Origin: Trichosphaerium sp. ATCC 40318
Taxonomy: Eukaryota; Protista; Tubulinea
Assembly: GCA_038496445.1 (NCBI GenBank)
Contig: JALMLS010000256.1
Span: 1-64,000 of the forward strand
DNA: 64,000 nt
Direction: 5' to 3'
Position numbers and translations under genes: made by a program. Within the stretch, counting starts at the first letter, position 1. Each line of letters begins with the position of its first letter. Below are positions 1 to 12,635 of the stretch, in pieces. Below the pieces are notes generated by a model. The model ran no database searches. It was not told the origin of the DNA and saw only the letters and a program-made list of their open reading frames with translations.

Positions 1-3000
1 TAATGTTGACACGATGTTATAGCTGTAAGAGAATCAGAAGTCGTTTCAGCAGCTAAATCTACTAGTACGTTTTTTTGGAAAAGCCAAATATAATGTCTTG
101 TATTAATCAGGTTAAAATAGAACTAAGGAACAAAATTCAGGAGTTGACTGTATGACATGGTGTTTTTTTTATCCCTAAGTTGTCTTAACTTATTGTATTC
201 ACTTTATTTCTTAGTATATCATCCCTTGTTTACTACCTATTGATCCAGATGAATCCAAGTTAGAGGTAAGTAAAGACTAAGCATCCTTAGAAAATATGCT
301 AATGGGCATGAAAATTAGTTGGTATTCTCTAAAAAGCTACCTGATAGATTTTGCTCAATTGTTCGAAGGTACTGTTAAACAATTATTTGCTTTTTTGGTA
401 ATGACTGTTTAGGTATAAATTTATGTTCATGCCTATCGGATTTTCTGCTTCAGTCGTTGTAAGGGCGTACCACTTGCCACATTTCAATATTGTACGTATT
501 AGATAAGTTAGTCTCATTTTTTTTTGGATTTCTTCTTGTGAATTGAAATGATGTGAACTGAAACTGGTTATAGCAACTTTGTTGGCAAAATGGTGTTATA
601 ATGAAGCGTGGAAATAGAAATCCAATCTTGTTAGGATTATTCTACAATCCACATCTACGCACTTTAGATGTTAATGTCAGATATATAAAATTACACAAAG
701 GATCCGTTTCTAAGGCGAGACACCTTCTCAAATCAGTCGTACGTGTAATCTGCTGGCATTCAACACGACAAAGCAATTATGTAAACATGCTTTTACTTAT
801 GTTCTTAATATAGCTTGAGATGATAAACAATTTGATTGAAGGTGTTTACAGTAACAACTCCGCTGAGAAGTTTGCTCTTTGTACAAAATGTGCAGCAAAA
901 GGTCTTGATGATCATCCTATAGAAACTAGTGCATTAGAAATGCTTATAATGAAGAGGGAGAAGCAAGCATTATGTTCTATTCTAAATGTGGAAATTAAGT
1001 ACGGAAGATTCCAGATGGTTGAAAATCACGTTTTCTGTTCTTTTTCTCGTATACTTATCGTATTGTAGTTTGATTGATTTATGTCCGGATCTATTACTTG
1101 CAGCAAATAATATGATTGAAACATCTACACTTATAATTGGAGAGGAAATTGGAGAAGGTAAAGTTGTTGTTTAGAAGTCTTTGGAGTATAAGTTAATCGT
1201 TTATTTTAAGGCGCTTTCAGTAAAGTATTCAAGGGAACCTATGAGGGTAAAGATGTTGCTATAAAGAGACTTCGTACAGGATCAGGTATGTCATTAAAAG
1301 GGTATACTATCAATACTTCAACAATTCTTCTAGTTTTGTTTTCTCACATTTTTTGTTCAGGTAATCAAGAGGAGCTTGTTCAAAAATGGCAGGAGATTCA
1401 ACAAGAAGCTTTTATAATGGCTGAATTTAATCATCCAAATATTGTTCAGTTTTTTGGTGTTACACTTCAGCCGCCTCAGCTTGTACTCGAGTTGTTAAAT
1501 GTGCGTAACAACGTTTCCTTTTATTTTTTTGAAAACAGAAAAACCCTCAAACACTCGCTAACTTGTACAAAGGCTGGTGATTTGTTTGAATTACTACACG
1601 ACAAGAGTTTCGCGAACAAGGATTTCGCTTGGATTACGAGATTACAACTTGGTATAGATATTGGTAAAGGTCTTGAACACATGCATAAACTTGTACCTCC
1701 TATAATGCATCGCGATTTAAGGAGTCCTAATGTACGTTCTTACAAAAAGCTTATTCGAAAGTTTGGTTCTCGGTTCTGTTTACAATACTAATGATTATAC
1801 GTAGATATTTGTACGTACTCTTGTGATAGAAAAGCAGCTTCATAGCACATAGCTTGTGGCAGATACCATTTATCCTGTTTTTTCTTATAACCTGTCTAAT
1901 CTTTATTTAGCTCCATCGTGAAGGCGATAAGTTAATAGCGAAGGTGGCAGACTTTGGTCTCAGCCAACGTGTGTCTTATAGAGCCAGTGGTATCTTAACA
2001 ACATGGCAATGGATGGCACCAGAAACCTTCGATTCTGCACAGAGTAAAAACTATACTGAACTAGCAGATGTGTACAGTTATGGCATCATCCTTTGGGTGC
2101 GTGATTATGCTTCTCTTATTTCTTCTACGCTTCATATATATATTATTTAGAATTCTTTTGCCCTAACGGTTACTTAGGAGCTTTGTTCACGTGAGTATCC
2201 ATTTGATGAATACCAGATTTATAAAAATGACTCAAGAGGGAATCAAAGCAAGCATATAAATCCCGAAAACTATAATATCTAATAATTTTTTTACTCTAGT
2301 TGCTGTTGGCGATAAATACGCTATGCAAGAACGTATATCCAAAGAGGTATACTTTTTTTTTTCTTTTTTTTTGAATTGGCTTACTGAGTTTATGTGTAGG
2401 ATTTGAGACCTACTATTCCGCCCAATACACCTAAACAAGTGGAGAAAGTCATAAATGGGCTTTGGAAGAGGAAACCAAGTGATAGGTATCTCTTTGCTTC
2501 AACAACTTTTTGAGTTGTTCTTGTTTTTTTCTAGTTTTGATTAGTATGATTTTCCTTATTTGTATTTATGTAGGTGGCCTTTGGGTATTGCTATAAAGAC
2601 TTTAGATAATGAATTGAATAAAGTAAAGCAAAGTATGACAGTACCAGATGATAAGATAACGCGTAAATCGTCTATCTCTACAGTACGGTTTCTTTGTTTA
2701 TTTTTTTGCTACTTTTGGATTTGAAAGTCTTTTAATGTGCTCTCTAGGACAAGCGAAGTCTGAAAGCTTTTGCCATTGAGCGTAAAGAACTAATAATTGA
2801 ATTGGAACGCCAAAAGTGGAGCTGTAATCGTGCTATGGCTTGTAGATTGTACGTCTTATTTTTTTTTTTTCTTCATTCTGATAAATTTTAGCGTTCTTGA
2901 TTATATTTCGTCTCACAAAGATCCACTTCGTGATCCTTATAGTACAATACCTAATGTAAAATCGAGAAAGTTCAGGAGTAATCCTTATCACCGTAAGAAT

Positions 3001-4138
3001 TAAGGAGACTTTGCTCTTTATTGACCCTTTTGTTTTTTATTCCAGATGTATTTGTTCGAAGACAATCAGTTACTGAAGAAGCTAATATCTTGCTCGAAAC
3101 TACTCAACAACATCGTACAACATCACTAGCAAAGAGAGAAATCCTTATTGTGCTACTTGGTTCGTTTCATACTCGATAAGGTGGTTACTAACTGTGAGTT
3201 TCTTAGCTGCTTGGCAACTTGACTTAGCTCAGTTGGATATCTTTTCATTGCCATACAAAATGAGGTTTGTTTTTTGTGATTGAATTTTGTTGACTTTGTG
3301 TTGTTGGCGTTATTCTTACATGGTTTTGTTCTTAGATTCTTCAACTATACTGGACAACGTAGTATTGGTGCTAAGGCATTGTTGACAAGATTCGATGACT
3401 TTACGGAGTTAGGTTGTCTGTACTATATTGACCTTGCTGAGTATCCTTTTTTTTTGTTATTTTTTATTTTATTTTTGGATTGCGGTTTCAAGGTTGCTCT
3501 TGATCCGGCATGTCTTTTCTTTCTTGATTTTCTTCTTAACTAGCATTGACAAATAAAAGACCCTTTTCACTTATCAAGCTGCTTTGAACAGTATCAGTCA
3601 ATTATGCGAAACTTCCGACAAGGTAATTTTTCTTGATAACAAAGATTTTTTTTTGACTTTCTGATGTTTAGGTGTTCTTATTATTCTGTTTGTTAACTTT
3701 GATGCTTTCTCTAAATCTTACAAAACCGGTGATTTGGATAAATTTATTTTAACACTACGTACGTATCCGTGACTGCTTACAAGTCATAAAAGTTTGCCAT
3801 GTTTTTTTTTCATAACTAACATTCTTTTCCAGCAACGAATTACCTCGATGGTGCTGGTGAGCATAATCTAAATCCACTAAATTCCAATGATGCTATAAAT
3901 ACTATACGCACAGTTTTTAGTAACTCATTTAGAAAAAACGGCACGTGTCACGTGAAAAATTGTTTAAAAGTATTTTCAAACTGCAAAAAAGTGCAAGCTT
4001 TTTTTGGATTGAGTTTACTAAGTTGGTTGTTTAGGTCGGTGGAGAACGACTATATTCCATGTCCAAGACCATGTAGATATTAATGATGGAATGCGTTTCT
4101 ATACAAAGACGTACAGAGAAGAGTTTGCTTTTGCTTAA
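1..4138 (+). CDS. Roco/LRRK-type protein, 5' truncated: COR C-terminal part + TKL kinase + G-gamma-like + degenerate G-alpha-like domain (multi-exon)
   Basis: Spliced exons give COR motifs (YIIPCLLP, FMPIGF, WQNGVI), the Roco linker CTKC...LCPDLLL, and kinase motifs IGEGAFSKVFKG, VAIK, HRDLRSPN-IF, DFG, WQWMAPE, DVYSYG. These are followed by ELERQKWSCNRAMACRFVLDYISSHKDPL..NPY and FFNYTGQRS..IILFVNFDAF. Stop TAA 4136-4138. Confidence 0.9.
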
Positions 4139-4344
4139 AGTGACCTTGTAGAGGTTGATAAAGTGCTAGTAAGTAGTACAAAATAAAAATTGTGTAAATT
4201 ACTTTATCTCTGTTATCGCCTTCACTTTATTTCATTTTGGGCTACTTAACTTTACATGTTCACATGTTTAGTTTACTATGGTAGCGAGGATCAAATACTT
4301 GATGCACAAGAGTCGTTATTTAGGATTGTTGTTCTTTGAGTACA

Positions 4345-5332
4345 CTAAAATATTCGTTGATATAATTCACGTGTTTTGTCTTTGTCCATATGATCGAGCC
4401 ACACTACTTCAAGTGTCTTTGCATTATGTGACTAGAGTACAATAAGTAGTGTAGCTGTTTCAAAAGTTGGTCTGGTTTGATGTCTTGTCTTACCTCGACG
4501 TGTAAGTTGTGGTGTTTTAAAATTGATACAATGGCTTCTCTTATATCATCTTGTTTCCAAACTTCAACATTAGCTCCATACACTTGTAGAATATCTGGGA
4601 ACGTATTGAGACTTCCTTTTCCGTCGGACGCCTACACAATTCTGATAAGTAAAAAAGAGAAAGAATAATGTTATCTGAACACTTGATACTGTACAGAATC
4701 TTACCGCTTGTGAGCATTGTTTTAGTATGTATTCTACAACTGCGTTCATCCTGGGAAGTAAATTCTGATATGTAAGATACTTCAGCTTCAATCCTGTTTG
4801 AGTATTGTGTTAGTGAAGTGATGCGATAAGTTGGGTGTTGATTCTCTTATGTTGTATTACCGTAGTCCTTCCAATTAGCTTTTGAAATATCGTAGTCAAT
4901 ACAATAAAACTCAAGGGCTATCATCAAGTCAAACACTGTATCCATCGTAAACCGTCGTGGGATTATAATACATCCAGAAGTGTAAAACGAAATAACGTAT
5001 TTGAAGAAATCTGGATATCTGAAAAAAACCCTCATGATCAGCCACGTGACTTGTTTAGAATAAACAATAAAAAGCTTACTGAGTAATGATAATAGCTCCT
5101 GAATTATCACTCTTAAAGGTTAGAGAAGATCGTGATGTCGAGACACCGAGTAATCGTCCAAGTAATGTATCAGGATGAGAAGCAAGCAGTTCTGTTCGAA
5201 GGATATATCTGGATCGTCTTGAAGTTGTTTTATGGCGCACAACAAATCTTAATACATCTTCCTACATACTATATTAACCTTCAAATTAACTCAAGTCATA
5301 AAACAAGGTACAGAAGAGGTGTTGTTGGCCAT
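4345..5332 (-). CDS. KCTD/T1-type BTB domain protein
   Basis: Spliced: MANNTSS|EDVLRFVV..LLASHPDTLLGRLL..|YPDFFKYVISFYTSG..LEFYCI; stop TAG at 4345. Confidence 0.75.
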
Positions 5333-5602
5333 ACGCTGCAATAAATTCAACCATTACTTAACAAATCGTTCAGGCTTAAGCGCTTTGTTTAAGTTGGTTT
5401 ACTAATGTAGTACTTTTGCACATAATGCGTTTTTAGTGGGTGATAACAGATAACATTTCGGAACATGTGGTCGGCTTTTTGTGTACAACAAAATGCTGAA
5501 TATGGAGTTTTAGACAGACAATCAACACCACGTGCTTCAGAGGGTAGTTGGTAGTTTATTTTTTTTGTATGTTTACCCTATTTTCTAGTGCTATTGTAGG
5601 CT

Positions 5603-6954
5603 CTACACCATTATTGGAGAGCTCAGCCTTATACCTACAGTAATAACTCTTTTATTCCGTTTATGTTTATACGGAAACAGCAAACTTGGCTTAGTAGCAA
5701 GCACAATGATGATGCATAAAACAGTAGCTAATAAGAATGCACCAGTAGAACCTCCTACAATAGGTATGAGGTACTTGTTAAGAGTTGTTTTTTTCTGCAT
5801 CACAAGATGAAGTATCAAAAGCAATGATTAACTTATTGCCTTCAAGCAGTAAAAAAGTAAGAAAACAACAATTTAATGATTTCTTAAAACCAAACATACC
5901 AAATACCTGATACCGCAAGACAATCTTCCTCTGAGAGTATTATTGTAGGCACCTCAGTGATTTCAGATGTACATGATCTCATGAAAGAAACAAGTTCAAA
6001 GGAAGGAGGATATGAAAACGTGTTATTAATAGTTAGCTTAGCATCTGTTTTGTACGTTAGTAATGGTCTTTGACAACGATAACTTTAACATACTTTCTAG
6101 ACTTAAGCAATCGTATGAGTTTAACATAAGAGGACCATTGATAGTTACAGTACTGTTTACGCATGTCAAGTTACCTAAGATAGCTTGTTAAACCTTTTGT
6201 TTCATCTAAATGAAAGAAACCATTACCTTGTATTTTTAGAGACGAAGCTAAAGACAGTGTGGGAGGTATTAAATAAGATGTTGTAACAGTCCATGTTTCA
6301 TCAACACAAATAGCAGCTTGTACATCTGAAGCAAAACCGCCGCAAACAATATTTAAGGAACCACTTCTTGGTGCTTCTACTGGCTTACTTGTTGGCGTTT
6401 CTGCTGGCTCACTTGACGGTGCGATTGGCAAGGATGTTGGTGAGGGCGTTGGTGGTGTATCCGAGGTTAACGTATAGCCTACTATCAACCTGTCAACTGA
6501 AATCCATACACTGTTTTCTTTTGTTTTATCCACTGCTACAACATTGTATCCAGATCCTGATAAGAGCTGTTCACTACCTACACCACATTATAAGCACAGT
6601 GAACACTAACAACAACATAACGTGTACGTACCAGTTGAGTTTATACGCCATACAGAATCATACGCTGTGGCTATTATTGTGTCGTTTCCAAGGGATACAA
6701 TGTTTGTTATTCCACGTGATGTTGTATAGGGTCACCAAACATAGTAAAGGATGCTAAGGTGCCATCTTCAGTAATATTGGCTGTTGAAGAAAACCAAGTT
6801 AGCAAGAATAGTTTCTCAACAGAATTGTGCGTTTTTCAAAAATGATCATATAGCGTTTATAGAGTTGTATTAGCAATAAAGATCCAAACACAAGCTACGT
6901 ACCTAATTGAACGCATATAAATGCGCATAGTACCGTTACTATGTACAATCGCAT
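5603..6954 (-). pseudogene. Short copy of type-I surface-protein family (signal peptide, P/T stalk, Cys-rich domain, TM), two frameshifts
   Basis: Signal exon MRLYIVTVLCAFICVQL joins directly to the ANITEDGTLASFTMFG exon. Contains CGGFASDVQAAICVDETW and a TM segment followed by YKHKR. Frameshifts near 6715 and in the homopolymer near 5790 (either could be an assembly error). Confidence 0.7.
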
Positions 6955-7356
6955 GTCTGTATCACAATACCCAAATGCTTGTCTGTATAACGCTAAACAG
7001 ACATGTAAATAAGTAGAAAACTCGTTAATCTCTTTTTTTGCAGCGTTTCCGTTACTTTTTATGGCCAAGAGCGCTAGGACTGCCGTACCAACGTTTTTGA
7101 TGCTCTAAAGATACGAAATAGCCGTAGTTGCTGTAACGCAAGAAGGAAATTACACAATTTTTAATGCAAGTTCCAAGTTTGGTATTCGGTCCTTTTTTGG
7201 AAAAGTCCCACCTCTGGTAGTATTTTAGAAGGCCTGTTACTGACAATAACAAAGACTAGTTTTTTCTTAATTTTTTCTTTTTTCTGTTGAAAATACTGTA
7301 CATTGTTGCTAAACTAACTTGGCCTTTGGTCACCAACGCTATTAATATATTAAATT

Positions 7357-9599
7357 TTAAGCAGCTTCTTCAAGAGCTACAAAATTAGAAGGGAACAAAC
7401 CAGCCTTTTGGTTAAGCTCACCTAAAGGAAGAAAAAATAAGTCAATCAAAGCGGAACTGATGACAATATCGTCTTAACGTACCAGTCCACCAACCGGACT
7501 CATCTTGTTCATATATGAGTATACGATCACCTTCTTTAAAAGAAAGCTCTGTTTCATCTGTAGCATCATAATCATATGAAGCAATGCAATAAATCTCATC
7601 GTACTGTGTTAATGTTAGTAAAAAAACCCCCACACAATTTTACACCACCCTAGTGTATAACATACCTCTTCAAGTTCTTCTGGTTCTTCTTCTAAATGAT
7701 GCTTAGTAGGTGAAGGAGGTGCTCGAGAAGGTGAGGGCATATCAGGTTCTGGGTTGACTAATAATTCGTCGTTTAAAACATACATACATATATACTTAGA
7801 TATTCTATAGAATATTGGTTCGTTTTAAATCGTACCTCCGGCAGGAATTGATAGTGGTGCTACAGGTGGCGCCATTGGTGGTGCCTTTGATGGTGGTCCA
7901 GCTTTAGAAGACGACATAGGATTTGCTGGCGGGTGGTTTGGTGGTGGCGGAATAGAGGAACTCTCTAAAACTATTTGTAAGCCGTAACAATTTTTTTCTA
8001 AGTTAAGCTACCTGATTCTGCCTTAACTGGCGCTGGTGCTGCTGCAGTAGGAGCAGGTTTTGGTTTTGTTTTTTCTGGTGCTGGCCTTACAGATGATCTT
8101 GTAGATGGTGGTGCTGACCTATTACCCACAAATGGTATAAAGTTTGTAAAAAGACCTTTCTGTTTTCTGATAGAAACACGAACAGGCGCTTCTGCAACTT
8201 GCTAAAGCAAACAATTAATCTTGCGGTTCAACAAACATAATCCATTCGTACATCATCAGGGTCACCATAAGCAACATATTTGGGCATTCCTGGCATTTCT
8301 GTACCAGTTTGATTCGCAGAAATCCAAGTGGTCAAATTGTTATCAGAATCAACACTTAAACAATATTGTAAGGACATCGGGAGTTAGATATTTTGCGTAC
8401 TTGTCTGCACTATCTATAATACTTTGGGTCTCTTTTGGTATCTTTTCTTCATGTTCATTTAGTATCGAAGCTAATTTAGAAGCAAACATCGCTGTGGAAT
8501 CAATACGGGCTTTCTCGATCGTTTGCATTTTCTGTGTTAAATTTAGTATGTTTAATAGAAAACTTTGCATACAGCAAACGCAGCACGTGTAGTCCTTTCC
8601 CATTCTGGTCTAAAATTAACTAATTTATCAACACATCCTTTATACTCATTATCAGAAGACTCCTTCTGTTTGTGTGCCTTGACTTGTAATTTCTCCATCT
8701 TGACATGTTGTCAATAATTTAATACTACACATAAGTCGTACCTTTGCTAGTTTTGATGATCCCGATGCTTGGGCTTGTTTAAGTTTATTATCACTCTCTT
8801 CACTGGCTTGACACATTTTATAGTGATGATCTTTAGCCTGTAAACATAAGTATAAACAAAAGGAAGTATAGCTGGAGCGTTTTAGTTTTTTGTTTAGATT
8901 TTTTTCTAATTTCGTGGATAAACAAAGCCTGTTTTGGAATTTATTGTGGAGACGTTTCTATCAAAAGAAAAAATTAAAACTTACCTTCATTACTGACGAG
9001 TAGTATTTGGTATACTCTTTATTTGCTTTTGATGCTGTAGCAACCACTTCTTTTTTTTCGCTTGCTTGTTGCTTTGAGAATATACCAATCTCTGAAGCTA
9101 GCCCAGTTTTAAGCGATGCAGCCAATGCACTAAAAATCAAACGTTAACCAAAACAATACGGTGTTTTTTACATGTAAAAATGTGCTATTAGTATTTTTAA
9201 GTGTAATACGCTTTAAATAAACCGTTTTATAACGCGCGTACTGGTGGTGTTGTGCTTTTTGATTGGTAACATCAACAAGTGTCTGCATTAACGTAGTTAA
9301 CGTGCTGTGACTGTATTAGAAGTATATTAACGCGTGTTTATGTACCTGTATCCTTGTTCCAATTGAACTAACTTAGAAGCATGTGATTTAACTAGTTTCT
9401 CGAGCGCTGATGCGTGTTGCTCCTCTACTTTGGATAAAGAAGATACAAAATTACCAAGTTCATCAAGTGCTTGTTTACTCTCCGCTGCGCGGTTTAGAAG
9501 CACGTCTGCACCCCCGGGACCCTACAGAGCCTTAATGTTATAATTTGTACCCAGATTTAGGTTTAAACGCACCCAAAAATTATCAGCGTAGTCTGTCAT
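7357..9599 (-). CDS. F-BAR + proline-rich + SH3 protein (PSTPIP/Cdc15-like)
   Basis: MTDYADNFW|G..DVLL..EEQHASALEKL F-BAR start; Pro-rich linker; SH3 YDYDATDETELSFKEGD..GWWTG..GLFPSNFV. Confidence 0.9.
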
Positions 9600-10083
9600 G
9601 CACGTCGAGGATTTGTAAGCGTTTGAAACTGCTGTATGAGAAACTTAACGTGCTTAAGGCCTGACATTTGAGGGTAAACACTTCAATCTCTTTAACACTG
9701 TACACAAGTTACATCACTCTCAGGTGCGTTTTATTTACCGCCGCTGACGGTTCGTTTGCGCAAACGAACCATTATGCTAGGAGAAACTGATAAACGATTG
9801 TATTTGATACTGGGGTATGGCGTTGAGTATTCGAAAACTGATCTATACTTACAGAAAACGGTGGAATGATTAGTATCATTGAAAGCCATTTTTCCTATCA
9901 AAAAAGGAACTTCCCTAAATTGAGTATTGAACACTTCCATCTTCGTTTTAGACAAGTAACAAGTGGTACGTGCGAACGTGGTGTTCACAATTCTCATAAC
10001 AAGCGATCAATAGTGTCACAAAGAACTGTTTTGTATCTCACACTGGTTAAACAGGCGAATTGTTTAGTTTAGAGAAAGGAGAA

Positions 10084-10396
10084 ATGCGATTGTTATTATT
10101 TGCAGTCCTATGTGTGCTGTTACGCTCTCAAATAGGTACGTGTCGTCGAATACATGTTCTTTAGTTTCGTATACGAACATTGGAGAGATTTTCTCTTTTT
10201 TACTGCTGAACTTGCTTTCGTGGTTGTTCGACGCTCGTATATAAGACTTCATTCAACGTCTTCTCTTCTAAGACATTTTGATGAGGTGTTGCGAATGCTC
10301 AAACATACTTCTCAAAGACAGCGTCACCAAAGCCAGGAAAGGTTCTAGGGGGGAGCTTTTCAGGTTCAGTATTTGAAGTAGATCCGAATGCCATTG
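10084..10396 (+). pseudogene. 5' fragment (exons 1-2) of the surface-protein family
   Basis: ggagaaATG..MRLLLFAVLCVLLRSQI g|gtacg parallels the signal exons at 35625, 33124 and 6954. Exon 2 (YFSKTASPKPGKVLGGSFSGSVFEVDP) aligns with YSAMTASNNQEKVLLGLRGALSELAP of the 33 kb copy. Confidence 0.65.
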
Positions 10397-10599
10397 GTAC
10401 GCAAGTAATGTGAGGAATTGACCCGGATTATTGACAACAAAGATTGTCGACAATCGTATTTTTTGGCTTGTATTTGTTCATCACTGAGCATTCAGTACAT
10501 TCTAACAAGCATCAAATATGAAATTCACGTGATAGCATCCATTTTATCAAATATGAGGAATGGAAATTATTTAGGTTATGAGTTACACGGACTGAAAAA

Positions 10600-11607
10600 T
10601 GGAACATTGTCAAGAATGTCAAAATACCGTCATATGCACGCTTTCATTCAACAATGGTATGTGAGAGGGTACAGAGTTAAAGTAACAACGTTTAAAAGTA
10701 GTGAACAGCCAAAAAACTTAAGCAACTCATGGAGATATTGCACAATAATTTTGAACGCTCTAATTATAACCGAATATGCCCGACATATAGTAGATAATGT
10801 ACATAAAATTAATTCACGTTTTTGTTTACTGCTAAGGACTTGGCGATGTTTTTCCAAATGGGAACTACATAATAAAATTCTCTCTAGTGGAGAAACACTC
10901 AACTGTTAAGGAAGCGGATGATTCTATACATCGATTGTCAAAGCACGTGTAGACTATGGTTTTGAAGCTTTTAGGAAAGAAACGTTGCTTGATTGAAAAA
11001 ATTCTGATTTGTGCAATGCTGCAAAGCTGGTTGAAACGTTAAAGGGCACACGAAAGATGAGAATACGTGTAAGAGAGACGTGGCCTTAGTTGTAGGATAG
11101 TAGCGTAATTTATTAATGACATACGTAATACATTCAGAGAATACATTTGTGTATTTCGTCAAAGTTCACAATGAATATCTTCGTGGAAATACTTGGAAAG
11201 AATGCATACTGAACATGGTGACGTTGCACGTTACACTGGTTGACAAGGTCTTTAATACAACTCTCTATAAACCTGAGCTTCACATTATACTTAATATCTT
11301 TCACAAAGCTATCCCTGTATATTTCCATAAACAAGAAATAAATGACTTGTTTTCAAAAAACAAGCCTAAAAAGAAATCTACGTCAACTAACACAACTCAT
11401 CTTGAAAATTTTAGGTGTGACGTGTTCAACTCTCTTCATCTATGCAAGGTTTATCGTAGAATCAATTGCTCACTGGTATTTCGGATACCACTTGTTTTTT
11501 GTTTCTGTTACATTTTTTTTTCTTTTAATTTATTGAATATTAGAGAGCCGTTCAGCAACATCTTCACAATAGGAACTACAATCACGGATATTATTTACAC
11601 CGGCTAA
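10600..11607 (+). pseudogene. Unidentified intron-containing gene or relic
   Basis: Exon-like blocks (MEHCQECQN..|AKKLKQLMEILH.., GDVFPNGNYIIKF.., ORF 11116) with splice signals, but an in-frame TGA in one plausible exon; no family recognised. Confidence 0.3.
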
Positions 11608-11906
11608 TGCAATGCCTTAGTAGTAGCGTTGATCCATTTCTCTATTCTAAAATTGCAGCATTTTTAGTGTGCTTTAAAAAAAAAACCCACTAGCCATTGT
11701 TAATCCAAAGACCCTGGTACCCCAAGCAAATTTACCCCAAATGTGTCTCAGGGACGTTTATGCGGCATCTTGTTTCTCACTGCCACTACTGGAATATGTA
11801 AACCAAATACTTAACTTGTAGAAATGAAAGAGAGTTGAAGCTTGTTAGTGTTTGTTTTGTTAAAGTACCTGAAACGTTTTTTTTTCTTTTATCACATGAC
11901 CATGCA

Positions 11907-12548
11907 GATGTAGGTAGAGTTATATGTCGTGTATTATGCATTGGCAAGTGTTTTGACGTAATAGGAGTACTTGAATCTTTTTCACTCCTCTTCCTAATTT
12001 TGGCTCAATAGTACCAAACTTTAACTCATAAAAATAGTAGACATTTTTACGTTTTGTTTATCCTTGAAAATACTTAGAATTCTCTTCTACAATGTGTCTC
12101 TAAAATAACTTCACCCCACAATGCTCTTCTCTCGCATTGATACTTTTTGCTTGTTATAATGTAAATCTTGGTCTTGTAAGTTAACGCTCATCCCTGTCTA
12201 CTGATTTTACTAGTCCATAGCTCATGTAGCGGTTATGAGTGTGTTAGAATCGCGAAAAACACCAGAAAGCAAGTTAGCTGCACATTTACTGAACGGAACA
12301 CAAACTTGCTGTTTTGCACGGCCATTGTGATCTCGTCTGTAGTTTTTGGCGTTTTAAAGCGATCATTGCTCAATTCATTAGAAAAAAAACTTGGTAAGGT
12401 CTGGCTTTCAATCCTACCTGACACTTTGCAACCAAAGTTGGTACTATTGAGCCAAAATTAGGAAGAGGAGTGAAAAAGATTCAAGTACTCCTATTACGTC
12501 AAAACACTTGCCAATGCATAATACACGACATATAACTCTACCTACATC
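11907..12548. repeat. Inverted repeat, about 115-bp arms (11907-12022 and 12434-12548)
   Basis: gatgtaggtagag...tagtaccaa is the reverse complement of the right arm, identical except one indel; about 410-bp spacer; no TSD seen. Confidence 0.95.
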
Positions 12549-12635
12549 GCGGTTAGTATCACGTGATAAAAAAAAACTCTTTACTTTCGCAGTATCAAGA
12601 AACTCTATGTATTCTTATACAGGCGTGTTTCCCAT
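12050..12635 (-). pseudogene. Decayed gene (MGNTPV*EYIEFLDTAK|VELYVVYY..) whose second exon forms the right arm of the inverted repeat
   Basis: ATG at 12635, GT-AG intron with tactaac branch point, several in-frame stops. Confidence 0.4.

Noticed and set aside
12050-12635. In-frame TAA/TAG stops suggesting a Gln-recoded genetic code
   Set aside because: Intact genes here end in TAA, TAG and TGA; TAR-only stops are likely by chance in AT-rich pseudogenes.
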